Part shown: one piece after another, positions 1 through 8,788 of the stretch
How positions within the stretch are numbered: the first letter of the stretch is position 1
Layout of the letters: every line of letters begins with the position of its first letter
Assembly (NCBI GenBank): GCA_964430945.1
Contig: CAYSHH010000005.1
Coordinates: forward strand, 334 to 64,333
Length of the DNA: 64,000 bases
Reading direction: 5' to 3'
Origin: an uncultured Candidatus Saccharibacteria bacterium
GTDB lineage: Bacteria > Patescibacteriota > UBA1384 > JAMDBS01 > CAYSHH01
Translations under genes and position numbers: made by a program
Notes under the pieces: generated by a model
Databases searched by the model: none
Told to the model about the DNA's origin: nothing
What the model saw: the letters and a program-made list of their open reading frames with translations, nothing else

Positions 1-216
1 GCCGATGAGATAGAATCCGACAAACGCGTCCAAAAAGCCTTCAACAAATCCGATAAGTGCTCCTCCAAATGATGCTGAGTCGCCAATATAAAGATTGCCT
101 AAGGCCTGTACAATACCAAGTGCATAACCAGTTTCTGCCATCAGGCTTAGAGAAAAAACGTAAATCCCCCAAACGATACCAGCAGCGATACCCAATTTAG
201 CTGCATTTAATTTCAT
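1..216 (-). CDS. small hydrophobic membrane protein, partial (C-terminus lies beyond the window start)
   Basis: ATG at 216..214 is preceded on the minus strand by GGAGGGATT. Translation MKLNAAKLGIAAGIVWGIYVFSLSLMAETGYALGIVQALGNLYIGDSASFGG... is hydrophobic. Not in the ORF track because it runs off the window edge. Confidence 0.4.
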   Translation of the reverse strand, partial: MKLNAAKLGIAAGIVWGIYVFSLSLMAETGYALGIVQALGNLYIGDSASFGGALIGFVEGFLDAFVGFYLIG

Positions 217-271
217 AATCCCTCCTAGATTATTTATATCAATTTGATTATAACAAAACATATAAATATAT

Positions 272-296
272 AAAAAAGACCCGTGTATTACGGGTC
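272..296 (-). terminator. intrinsic terminator for the 311..964 gene
   Basis: Hairpin gacccgtgtattacgggtc (278-296), followed on the minus strand by a T-run (A-run 272-277 on plus). Confidence 0.6.
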
Positions 297-310
297 GTGA
301 TTGAGCTGTC

Positions 311-964
311 TTATCTATTTGTACTTGCGACGTTGATTCTAAATCCGGTGGATGCAGGAAATTCTGCATTGAAGTTGCGATAGTGATCTCTGGGAACAAA
401 CCCAGGTTTTAAAACCCTGTAATCTTTTTTGTCATCTGGGACTTCTCTTGACAGTTTGACATCGTTCCAACCGTTTTTGTTTGGAACAGCATAATATGGG
501 TAACCGGGATGAATATTGTCGATGCGCAGTACGTTGATACAAGATCCCAACGACAACGCACTATAAATACGATGTACTCCATCGCAAATCAACTGAATCC
601 CTCCATCGGCCTGTGAAATTTCGACAACCGGGGGATACATGGAGATATGTTTTCCGTCGCAGGTGAAATTGAGTGCTCCTCGGAGTTCGAACACATCAAT
701 TCCCTGGCTTATGAATTCTTTTCGAAGAAATCTAATTTTTTTGAGTTCCTGCTCTAAAACATAATACTGGGCAGGAAACAGGGTTTTGGGATCAAGCCTG
801 ACAATCTCAAATGTGGAGTCTCTATATGGGTAAACTTGAACATTTTTACCCATAAGAGGGATTCTTTTCATTTTTTCTATTAAATCCTGTGTCGATCCGT
901 AGCGGATCGATGAAACTTGAATCTGTTCGATTGTCGTTTCGTTGCCTATAATTATTTCTCCCAT
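311..964 (-). CDS. ParB/sulfiredoxin-fold protein with a DGxHR-type motif
   Basis: 217-aa ORF. LICDGVHRIYSALSLG resembles the hhDGxHRhxA core of ParB-N/DndB (DGQHR) domains. An upstream stretch LDPKTLFPAQYY resembles the ParB N-terminal box. Confidence 0.45.
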   Translation of the reverse strand: MGEIIIGNETTIEQIQVSSIRYGSTQDLIEKMKRIPLMGKNVQVYPYRDSTFEIVRLDPKTLFPAQYYVLEQELKKIRFLRKEFISQGIDVFELRGALNFTCDGKHISMYPPVVEISQADGGIQLICDGVHRIYSALSLGSCINVLRIDNIHPGYPYYAVPNKNGWNDVKLSREVPDDKKDYRVLKPGFVPRDHYRNFNAEFPASTGFRINVASTNR

Positions 965-1104
965 TTTACCAACCGCCTTTTAAAGATACTCACAATTTAT
1001 AAAAAATTGTGGCGAATAGTATGAGCGTGACAAAAAAATAGTACTTTGTCAATAATAATATATATTGCGCTGAAAAATTAATATCTAGCTATCGGGTTTT
1101 TACA

Positions 1105-1133
1105 ATAAAAAAATGACCAGTTATAGTGGGTCA
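1105..1133 (-). terminator. intrinsic terminator for the ABC-F gene
   Basis: Hairpin tgaccagttatagtgggtca, preceded on plus by A7 (T7 on the minus strand). Confidence 0.55.
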
Positions 1134-1234
1134 CTTCAATATATTTAGATAACTAATTATTTGGAGAAATAAAAAACAATGATTTGTAAAAATATAGTGT
1201 ATGGAGAATAGTCCACTTACCTATCAATAATATT

Positions 1235-2686
1235 CTAAATCTTTCCCAAATCAATAATCTCTTCAAATTCAATCTTATCGACAAAATCTGGCATGTGACT
1301 AACCATGAAAATAGCCCCTTCATACCGATCAATTGCTTCGGCAATCACTGGCAAATGACGAAAATTAATATGATTGGTTGGTTCGTCAAGAATTAACAGT
1401 CCTGGTTTAATGAGCACAAGCCTTGCGAATGAAAGCAGTCCTTTTTGTCCCTCAGATAAATCTCCGACTTTATTTCCCATTAGATTACCGGTAATTAGAA
1501 AATTGGCTGCTATGGATCGCATTGTTTGAATGTCAGTATCTTCCGGTTTGACATCAATAAGACAATCGATAACAGTTTGGTCAAAATTTAAATTTGAAAA
1601 ATCTTGACTATAATATCCGATTCGAACTTCTTTAGCGATTTTGGCATGTTCGTTTTTTCCAGATTGTAGTGATCTTAGAAAAGTACTTTTACCAACACCA
1701 TTTGGACCAGTTATCAAAAAATGCATTTTTTTTCGAATAGATTTATTAACTTCCTTTACTATTGGCCGATGATCATGAATCACTTTTATAGCATCTATTT
1801 TGACGATCTCACCAACAGTGTTTTGTGCGGGTATATCAAACTTACGGATAGTTTTATCTTCTTGTCTAACGTCTACCATATTTTCTTCCAATTCTACCGT
1901 TTCATCTCGTAGTTTCTTGGCCAGTTTTCTCATCTTACCACCCTTATTGGAGAAAAAATTAACCTTTTCTTTCCGATCGATTATCGATTTCTTAAGTTGG
2001 GCATTTTTTCGTCTTTCTCTCTCAACTCGTTGGCTGATTTCTTCTACTACTGTATAGTAATCGCCAACATAGGTCTCTATCTTATGAGTAAAATTGTCTA
2101 GATAGATAACTCCCTCGGTAAAGCAATTTAAAAAATCGGCATCATGGGAGATCACGATCACTGTTTTGTCATACATCACCAAAAATTGGATTAGATGATC
2201 TATTCCTTCTTGATCAAGATTATTTGTTGGTTCGTCGAGTAGTAATATATCTGATTCTTTGATGAGAGCAAAGGCTAGTAGAAGTCTTGCCTGTTGTCCG
2301 CCAGAAAGCTTGCCAACTATCCAATCAGTCGGCACATTTAAATTTACAGCATTCATAACTTTATGTATCCGACTTTCAATATTTGATGGCAGTTCATCGA
2401 AAGCTTTGGAAAAATAATCTTTGATTGACAGTTCTAAGTCAGTACGTGCTACTACTTGTCTGGCAGTTGCAATACTCGCTTCATCAGTAATAGATATTCT
2501 TCCTGACTTGGGCTTAAGCTCTCCCATGATTAGAGAAAACATAGAGCTTTTTCCAGCTCCGTTTTGTCCCATCAGGGTAATCTTAGAGTTTCTGCGGACA
2601 CTAAAACTAGCCTCGTCTAATATAGGTTGATTATGCTTGTACTCAAAACTTACTTCGCTAAAACGTAAAATTACATCATTGTTCAT
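1235..2686 (-). CDS. ABC-F family ATPase (two tandem ABC domains, no TM domain)
   Basis: Two Walker A sites (GQNGAGKSS, GPNGVGKST) and two ABC signatures (LSGGQQARLLLA, LSEGQKGLLSFA). Start moved to the internal ATG giving MNNDVILRF... Confidence 0.85.
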   Translation of the reverse strand: MNNDVILRFSEVSFEYKHNQPILDEASFSVRRNSKITLMGQNGAGKSSMFSLIMGELKPKSGRISITDEASIATARQVVARTDLELSIKDYFSKAFDELPSNIESRIHKVMNAVNLNVPTDWIVGKLSGGQQARLLLAFALIKESDILLLDEPTNNLDQEGIDHLIQFLVMYDKTVIVISHDADFLNCFTEGVIYLDNFTHKIETYVGDYYTVVEEISQRVERERRKNAQLKKSIIDRKEKVNFFSNKGGKMRKLAKKLRDETVELEENMVDVRQEDKTIRKFDIPAQNTVGEIVKIDAIKVIHDHRPIVKEVNKSIRKKMHFLITGPNGVGKSTFLRSLQSGKNEHAKIAKEVRIGYYSQDFSNLNFDQTVIDCLIDVKPEDTDIQTMRSIAANFLITGNLMGNKVGDLSEGQKGLLSFARLVLIKPGLLILDEPTNHINFRHLPVIAEAIDRYEGAIFMVSHMPDFVDKIEFEEIIDLGKI

Positions 2687-2802
2687 ATAATATTTAAAAT
2701 TTATTGTGATAGTGTAGCTATCAGGATACACGAAATATCAAAAAAACGCCAGTAGTAAATCCCTATCGTTTTTTTTGAAGGAGAGGGAATATGATTACAA
2801 AT

Positions 2803-2836
2803 AAAAAAAGACCCGTTTAGTATTGTTAGGTGGGTC
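2803..2836 (-). terminator. intrinsic terminator for the 2856..3362 gene
   Basis: Hairpin gacccgtttagtattgttaggtgggtc with A7 upstream on plus (T7 on minus). Confidence 0.55.
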
Positions 2837-2855
2837 AAACCTGTTTATATTCCAT

Positions 2856-3362
2856 TTAATATTTATCATAGATATTAAAGGGAATGTCTTTTCTTTGTTT
2901 ATAAATTGATATATCCTCTATAAGAGTTTTGGAATCTGGTCCGTTTTGCAACCAATCAATGTATTTCCTGTAACCATCTTCCCCATACTCTTCCTTAAAA
3001 CATTGTAATATCCTTGTTAATTCCCTTCCGACTAATTGGAAATTATCATATAGCATTTTCTCCATCCAACCTATGCCATACATTGGTTTAAAACATTTGC
3101 CATTTTTTTCCTTTATGTTTACTTCTAATTCATTGGCGAAAGGAATGATCTGTTGCAATATTTCAGATCTTCCTTCTTTTTTCCCATCGTATAAGCCAAT
3201 TTCTTTTTCTCGTCTTAAGAGATTGTCTAGCATCATAAGGATTGTTTGTTTCGCCCTGGGCGATTCCAACCCTTCGTCTAAAATAATTTGTTTCATTCTT
3301 TCGAAAAAACACAATGCCTTTAATGCATCATAATCCTCATTAGTAATAGATAAATTATGCAT
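2856..3362 (-). CDS. hypothetical protein
   Basis: 168-aa ORF. Strong RBS AAGGAGG 6 nt upstream of ATG 3362. No recognisable motif. Confidence 0.6.
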   Translation of the reverse strand: MHNLSITNEDYDALKALCFFERMKQIILDEGLESPRAKQTILMMLDNLLRREKEIGLYDGKKEGRSEILQQIIPFANELEVNIKEKNGKCFKPMYGIGWMEKMLYDNFQLVGRELTRILQCFKEEYGEDGYRKYIDWLQNGPDSKTLIEDISIYKQRKDIPFNIYDKY

Positions 3363-3485
3363 ATTTTCCTCCTTATAATTTACTGTATTTCTGAGATATT
3401 AAATTTCCCAGAAAGCAATAAACTACAAGAAGTTACTTTTAAAGTACGACCCAACATACTACCAATTCCTTGTATTTTTGTCAAT

Positions 3486-3520
3486 AAAAAAACGCCAGCA
3501 ATAAAGCACTGCCGTTTTTT
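3486..3520. terminator. A/T-flanked bidirectional hairpin (A7-CGCCAG-N10-CTGCCG-T6)
   Basis: aaaaaaacgccagcaataaagcactgccgtttttt. A similarly built but weaker copy lies at 2740..2776. Confidence 0.35.
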
Positions 3521-3676
3521 GGAAAGCTATCGAGTCGTAAAATTTTTTAGGACAAGATAACACGAGATAGCCAAATAAAATTTTTGCAAAAATAATTAAC
3601 TATTTTCAATAGCATAGACATTGCCGCCTTCAGATGAAAAATAAATTGATTATTTTAGTTTTAATTCCGTCTCGTT

Positions 3677-3694
3677 TAGCACAATATTGTGCTA
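3677..3694. promoter_or_regulatory. perfect 18-bp palindrome, candidate operator upstream of the phosphoesterase gene
   Basis: tagcacaatattgtgcta equals its own reverse complement. It sits ~40 bp upstream of ATG 3734, overlapping AT-rich -10-like hexamers. Confidence 0.4.
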
Positions 3695-3733
3695 CAATAA
3701 GTATATTAAATTAATATCAAAAGGGGACTAACA

Positions 3734-5053
3734 ATGAAAATACTATATATCTTACTCATCGTGGTTTTTGTGTGTCTAATCGCATTTTTTATCAAAACTA
3801 GATTGGTTGTTCCAAAAAGTTTAACTGTAGATCCTTTTACAAATGATAGTGGTAAAAGAGATTTGGTCGTTGTTATAAGCGATCTTCATATTGGTGCCGA
3901 TCTTAGCTATGCAGAATTCAATAAAAATACAAAAACACTTGAAGATTTTCTCGAAAAAGTCAGGGTTTCACCAAACATCAAGGAGTTTGTTATTGCAGGA
4001 GATTTATTTGATGAATGGTTTGTACCAGCGACAGTCGATACTTATCAAGGTAAAGATCAAGATGCATTCGTAAAACGTATTGCCGAAACAAATAAAGGTG
4101 TATTTGATGCTTTTAATCGTATAATCCAAGATGGAAAAATTGTGGTCACATATATTCCCGGGAATCATGATCTGACGATAACCGCAGAACAGGTTGAAAG
4201 TGTTTTACCAGGAATAAAACAAGCACGAGATAAAGAGCTTGGCTTGGGGTCGTATTCTCCTGCCGATCTTTCTCAGGTTGTAATAGAACATGGGCATCGC
4301 TACAATTTTTTCTGTGCACCGGATCCTATTTCAAATCAATCTATAGCTCCCGGCACTATTATGCCACCTGGATATTTTTTTACTCGGATTGCCACACAAC
4401 ATGTCGTAGAGCAGTGTAAGACGTCAGATAATATTATCCCGACAGTTACACAAAATACTTCTGGCAATGTAAGTCAGGATTTATTGTATGGATATTGGAA
4501 AGAATGGGAAGATACGCTTAAAATGTTTCCTATAAAAAATAAGTTTGATGAAAAAATTATCAAAACCAATGTCAATGGATTTACCAAAACATATGCAGTT
4601 GATGATGTTTTACCCTATCAGCTAACTCCCGGGGGAACCATAGACGTAAACCTTTATAAAGGCATTGGGGATACTTGGAAGGAAAGGCAAAAACTTAATG
4701 AGGTAAAAGTTGATATCCCGATAGATCGTGCAATGAAATATGTTGCCGATCCAAACGAATTGGATAGCCAAGCATCTATACAATATTTTCTTAATCCAGA
4801 TTCTGACAAAAGGATAGTTGTATTTGGTCATACTCACGTTGCAAAAATTATCCCTACTTCCAATTTCGCTGGCGAAAAATCAATATATGTAAATTCTGGA
4901 ACATGGATTGATAGCAATCCAAATGCTACAACAATGAATTTTGTTGTCATAACACCACAAAATATTGATTCTTCTTCTCAAACCAAGGTAAAACTTTACA
5001 ATTTTAAAGACGAAGTTGTAACAGAAATGGGCAAGGATTCATTGCGATTTTAA
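3734..5053 (+). CDS. calcineurin-like metallophosphoesterase with an N-terminal TM anchor
   Basis: Phosphoesterase motifs DLHIG, GDLFDEW, GNHD, EHGHRYN and FGHTHV. RBS AAAAGGGGA upstream. Confidence 0.8.
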   Translation: MKILYILLIVVFVCLIAFFIKTRLVVPKSLTVDPFTNDSGKRDLVVVISDLHIGADLSYAEFNKNTKTLEDFLEKVRVSPNIKEFVIAGDLFDEWFVPATVDTYQGKDQDAFVKRIAETNKGVFDAFNRIIQDGKIVVTYIPGNHDLTITAEQVESVLPGIKQARDKELGLGSYSPADLSQVVIEHGHRYNFFCAPDPISNQSIAPGTIMPPGYFFTRIATQHVVEQCKTSDNIIPTVTQNTSGNVSQDLLYGYWKEWEDTLKMFPIKNKFDEKIIKTNVNGFTKTYAVDDVLPYQLTPGGTIDVNLYKGIGDTWKERQKLNEVKVDIPIDRAMKYVADPNELDSQASIQYFLNPDSDKRIVVFGHTHVAKIIPTSNFAGEKSIYVNSGTWIDSNPNATTMNFVVITPQNIDSSSQTKVKLYNFKDEVVTEMGKDSLRF

Positions 5054-5137
5054 TGAATTAGAAGGTTGCCCTCTTATATTATATTGAGGAAACAGTTTAA
5101 TCTGGCTAAATATAACTCTGTCTTATCAATCGAATGA

Positions 5138-5165
5138 GTGGGATTTGTAAAATCTCACTTTTTTG
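5138..5165 (+). terminator. intrinsic terminator
   Basis: gtgggatttgtaaaatctcac followed by T7. Confidence 0.55.
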
Positions 5166-5221
5166 GAGAGACAGTCGGATCTAGAACTTTTTTAAAAATT
5201 AGAATGATATGCATTGAAACA

Positions 5222-5256
5222 GTATGAAAAATAGAATGACCTGTGGTCATTCTATT
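5222..5256 (-). terminator. intrinsic terminator for the 5268..5879 gene
   Basis: 12-bp perfect stem atagaatgacc/ggtcattctat, followed by a T-rich stretch on the minus strand. Confidence 0.55.
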
Positions 5257-5267
5257 GTAAATTTGAA

Positions 5268-5879
5268 TTATAATTCTATTTTTTCAAAAAATTGCTGAAG
5301 CTGAGATCCAATAGCTTTTTGCCAAAAATTGGCTTGCTCGTCTTTTGTCATTTCTGAAATATATTTTCCACTCTCAATATCAATTTGCATTGATTCAAGA
5401 GGATATCCCTTGATAGTTTTATCACTCATTTTACTCGTAAAATATCTCTTTGGTGATTTGATAACATCCTCAACAATTTTTCCATCAGGATAAGCTACTG
5501 CAACAGCAAAATCCCAGTGTCCAGTTAATCTATTATTATGTTCTTTAAAAATCTCACGATAATAGTCAAGCATTTCTTGATCGCTTGGTCTTGTATCCGA
5601 TCCGGGGATTCTCCTTACATTAATCCCCGGTTGTTTTTCTTTTGGGAAATTATCAAAGTACAAAGCGTTATCCATTGAAAAGACTGGTTTACCAATTGCT
5701 TTTGCATAAGCTAATGCTTTTTTCCTTGCATTTTCTTGAGCTGTTTTACCGTCTTCTTCAACTTCAGGTAGGTTTTTAATGTCACCAATTCCTTTAACCA
5801 CGATTTTCAAAGAATTAAGAGCTCCTTGAACTTGAGCAATCTTTGCAGGATTCTTGGTTCCAAAAATAATTTCTTTCAT
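5268..5879 (-). CDS. probable Ham1/RdgB-like non-canonical NTP pyrophosphatase
   Basis: N-terminal IIFGTKNPAKIAQVQ resembles the ITPase xxxATGNxGKxxE motif. Start set at the second ATG (MKEIIFG), 7 nt after GGAGGTG. Confidence 0.45.
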   Translation of the reverse strand: MKEIIFGTKNPAKIAQVQGALNSLKIVVKGIGDIKNLPEVEEDGKTAQENARKKALAYAKAIGKPVFSMDNALYFDNFPKEKQPGINVRRIPGSDTRPSDQEMLDYYREIFKEHNNRLTGHWDFAVAVAYPDGKIVEDVIKSPKRYFTSKMSDKTIKGYPLESMQIDIESGKYISEMTKDEQANFWQKAIGSQLQQFFEKIEL

Positions 5880-6012
5880 TTCAAACACCTCCAATATTAT
5901 TTTAACTTTAGCACTTAGTATTCTTTAAAACAATATTTTGTTTGAATAACCATTATACAATTGTTAAACTAATCTTAAAAAGAAAATATTATGATAAGAA
6001 AAAATAAAAAAT

Positions 6013-6735
6013 ATGAAATATCTCATTTCTTGTTCAGAAATAAGTAGGAGAAAAAAAGCTTATATCTCACTTTCATTGAGCTTAATAATTGGATTTATTA
6101 TGTCATCACTGGTTTTTCATTTTATTTTATCTATCATCTACTATTTTCTAATAGTAATAGCGTTGTTTATAATAGGAGCTTTTTCATATATTTTTTTTCG
6201 TAGTTTATCCCAAATGCAAATAAATTTATCTAATCAATTTTTGGAAAGGGTTATTCATGGTGTCTCAGAAAAATACCCTTTAAATAAAATTAATCGAGTA
6301 AAAATCAAATGGACAACTCGCAGAACAATTCGCGAGATCTATATATGGCTGTCAGATAATAAAAGTATCTATATCACAGCTCTCAATGATTTCAAACATT
6401 TTAGAAACGATTTACTGGAAAAAACCAATCAAAATATTACGCTTCAAGAAATACACGAGCCACTAGATTTTGATCATCCGCTATTTTACCCGATTCTTGG
6501 TTTATTAATTAGTTTTGTAAGTGTTTGGTTTATGCGAATGATTTCCAATCTTAATTATCAAAATACAACCTTTTGTTTGATTATTTTCTCTATTTATCTG
6601 CTGATTTTGGGTGGCTATTTTGTGATTACTAAACCAATTTCCAAAAGATCTGGCAAAAAAACCAAAATATCAGACAATATTATGGGAACATTTATGATAA
6701 TCGCAGCGATTACGATTTTCTTACTAACATTCTAG
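6013..6735 (+). CDS. polytopic membrane protein, hypothetical
   Basis: 240 aa with several hydrophobic helices. Confidence 0.55.
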   Translation: MKYLISCSEISRRKKAYISLSLSLIIGFIMSSLVFHFILSIIYYFLIVIALFIIGAFSYIFFRSLSQMQINLSNQFLERVIHGVSEKYPLNKINRVKIKWTTRRTIREIYIWLSDNKSIYITALNDFKHFRNDLLEKTNQNITLQEIHEPLDFDHPLFYPILGLLISFVSVWFMRMISNLNYQNTTFCLIIFSIYLLILGGYFVITKPISKRSGKKTKISDNIMGTFMIIAAITIFLLTF

Positions 6736-6843
6736 GTAGAACAAAAATATTCATCTTTTCCAACTGACTGACTTTAAAACATATCTTGCCAAAAATAGCT
6801 CACCCAATCACGCAATTTTTTGCAATATTGTAAATAAGTAAGA

Positions 6844-7983
6844 TTATTTTTTTTCTGTAATAAAATCCACTTTTCTTTTTACAGTTGATTGCACTTTATT
6901 TTTCAGCTCATTCTCTAGGAAAATTTTCAACTTATTGACTGTGGGTATAATGCTCTTTTCGGTACTCCATGGATATATTGATCTGATGTATTCTGCTTCC
7001 AATTGGACCATTTTAGATTTATCTTTATGCCTGATAGATTGATCCACTGCAATTTGAAAACAGTGTCCACTTATAGTATCAACAATATAAGATTTAAATT
7101 TTTTTCGATCTATAGATCCTAATAAAACGGCGTCTTTTGGTAATGCAGTACAAATCTTTTCTTCTCTATCTATAGATTGTTTATCACTTTTCTTTACTAT
7201 TGCTTGAAGCTTGTTGTCAATAAAGATCTCTCTAAAAACCTCTTTTTTAGAACGATAATATACATGGGTATTTTCTTCAGTATGTTCAAATGACTGCCAT
7301 ATAAATTTTATTTTTGAGATATCTACTTTTTTTAATGCATTGATTGTTTTTCGATAATTTAATTTTGACTCGAATTTTATCTCGATCTCTCTGTCTGGCA
7401 GGAATTTAAAAGCATCTAATTGTATATGGTCGACTATTAAAAAAGCTTGAACTCTTTTATTAATTCGATCAAATGTTTTTTTTAATTTATATTTTTTTAA
7501 TATGTTTTGTATATTTAGTTTATTATAAACTTTACACTCATATCTGTCAGGTAATGTTCCCAGGCAGTTCCCACTTGGTGACATAATGACAATTTTTTTA
7601 TCGCAAGTAACACGAACATTCTCCTCTTTACTTTCACAAAAATGTTCTCTTATTGAAGCAACAATAAACACTACTTGTGTCGGTCCGATTGATTGGAGGA
7701 TATTATCTGCCTTTTTGTCTCCCGTTTTCTTCTCGAGAAAAAAAATTTTACATGCTTGTGCGAAACTGCATTTTTTCTTAAATTTATACGGATTTTTTTT
7801 AATCTGTAGAAAGCCATCTCCATTTTTATATTGTCTCCAGCGTAATGTATATCTACCAGGAACATGTTCCTCTCCAGGTAACGAAAAATACCATGTTTTT
7901 ATTGGATTACTTCTTCCATATCGAGGAATATATTCTAAATTTCCTTTATCGATAACATAAAATTCTAACCTTTGTTCATTCAT
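6844..7983 (-). CDS. hypothetical protein with a C-terminal CYTH-like (triphosphate tunnel) domain
   Basis: EIEIKFE (the ExExK signature) sits ~215 residues in, followed ~180 aa later by QLEAEY. The N-terminal half is unassigned. The start is uncertain: the ORF track begins at a TTG at 8040, and I used the ATG giving MNEQRLEF. Confidence 0.4.
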   Translation of the reverse strand: MNEQRLEFYVIDKGNLEYIPRYGRSNPIKTWYFSLPGEEHVPGRYTLRWRQYKNGDGFLQIKKNPYKFKKKCSFAQACKIFFLEKKTGDKKADNILQSIGPTQVVFIVASIREHFCESKEENVRVTCDKKIVIMSPSGNCLGTLPDRYECKVYNKLNIQNILKKYKLKKTFDRINKRVQAFLIVDHIQLDAFKFLPDREIEIKFESKLNYRKTINALKKVDISKIKFIWQSFEHTEENTHVYYRSKKEVFREIFIDNKLQAIVKKSDKQSIDREEKICTALPKDAVLLGSIDRKKFKSYIVDTISGHCFQIAVDQSIRHKDKSKMVQLEAEYIRSIYPWSTEKSIIPTVNKLKIFLENELKNKVQSTVKRKVDFITEKK

Positions 7984-8120
7984 AATGAATAGCATTATTA
8001 TTTTTAAAAAATAACTATTATTAATAGTAACATAATACAATCTTGTTTAAAATAACTTTTTTCCTGTCTGCCGACAGGCAGCCCGACCCCTTTTTGCGTT
8101 CGATTCCGTCCTGTCGCACC

Positions 8121-8150
8121 ACGAAAAAACCCCACCTTTCGGTGAGGCAT
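8121..8150 (-). terminator. intrinsic terminator immediately 3' of tRNA-Lys
   Basis: On the minus strand: CCTCACC-GAAA-GGTGGGG followed by TTTTTT. Confidence 0.55.
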
Positions 8151-8155
8151 TTTCG

Positions 8156-8230
8156 TGGAGGGCCATGTGGGAATCGAACCCACGACACAGAGCTTAAAAG
8201 GCTCCTGCTCTACCTCTGAGCTAATGGCCC
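8156..8230 (-). tRNA. tRNA-Lys (anticodon UUU) with encoded CCA
   Basis: Reverse complement reads GGGCCATTAGCTCAGAGGTAGAGCAGGAGCCTTTTAAGCTCTGTGTCGTGGGTTCGATTCCCACATGGCCCTCCA. The anticodon loop is CTTTTAA, the T-loop is TTCGATT, and the acceptor stem is GGGCCAT/ATGGCCC. Confidence 0.9.
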
Positions 8231-8426
8231 ATGATAAATCCCTTTGCAGTCAAAAAAGATTATAACAGATATATTTCTTACGGTCAATAAAAAATGGGGT
8301 GATAAAACAATTGGCGATATATTTATTTAAAATACTATTTTTTTCAACATTGACTGATGTAATCATCTTTGATAATATTATTAGCCTTCTAGATTTTTTA
8401 AAAAAAGATGAAAGGAGAATTATGGA

Positions 8427-8675
8427 ATGTTTGGAATAACTGCGAAACGAAATAGAAAATTTTATATTGATCAAATGAGAAAAATCTCTTTAGACATATG
8501 TTCCTATTCACCACAAACCGCTTCCCCGGAATTGATTGCGATAGCCTTAAGGCTGAATAAGAAGAACCCGTCTTCTAGAACAGAAGAAGAAATATATTAT
8601 ATGAACGAACGAGAATTGAGGGGTTTTATTAAATCTCTTCGAAACCAAATTCATTCAAAAAAAAGAATTGTTTAA
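8427..8675 (+). CDS. small hypothetical protein
   Basis: 82-aa ORF with RBS AAAGGAGA upstream. Confidence 0.4.
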   Translation: MFGITAKRNRKFYIDQMRKISLDICSYSPQTASPELIAIALRLNKKNPSSRTEEEIYYMNERELRGFIKSLRNQIHSKKRIV

Positions 8676-8693
8676 CAAAACCGCAAAACAACG

Positions 8694-8717
8694 AGCCCCG
8701 CACCGGGGCTTTTTTTA
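8694..8717 (+). terminator. intrinsic terminator
   Basis: agccccgcaccggggct followed by T7. Confidence 0.65.
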
Positions 8718-8746
8718 TTGACAAAAGATTAATTTTAAAGTATATT
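8718..8746 (+). promoter_or_regulatory. sigma70-like promoter for typA
   Basis: TTGACA, a 17-nt spacer, then TATATT, ~40 bp upstream of ATG 8789. Confidence 0.45.
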
Positions 8747-8788
8747 AATATAACTAATTTATATGGGAAAAGCCCATTTTTTATTTAT

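Noticed and set aside
3357-3560. 67-aa plus-strand ORF in the 2856/3734 intergenic region
   Set aside because: It overlaps the RBS and start of the minus-strand gene. It has no RBS of its own and it spans the terminator-like hairpin.
8250-8474. 74-aa minus-strand ORF next to the tRNA
   Set aside because: The translation is low-complexity and I/K-rich. It overlaps the plus-strand 82-aa ORF, which has the RBS, and is more likely the tRNA promoter region.
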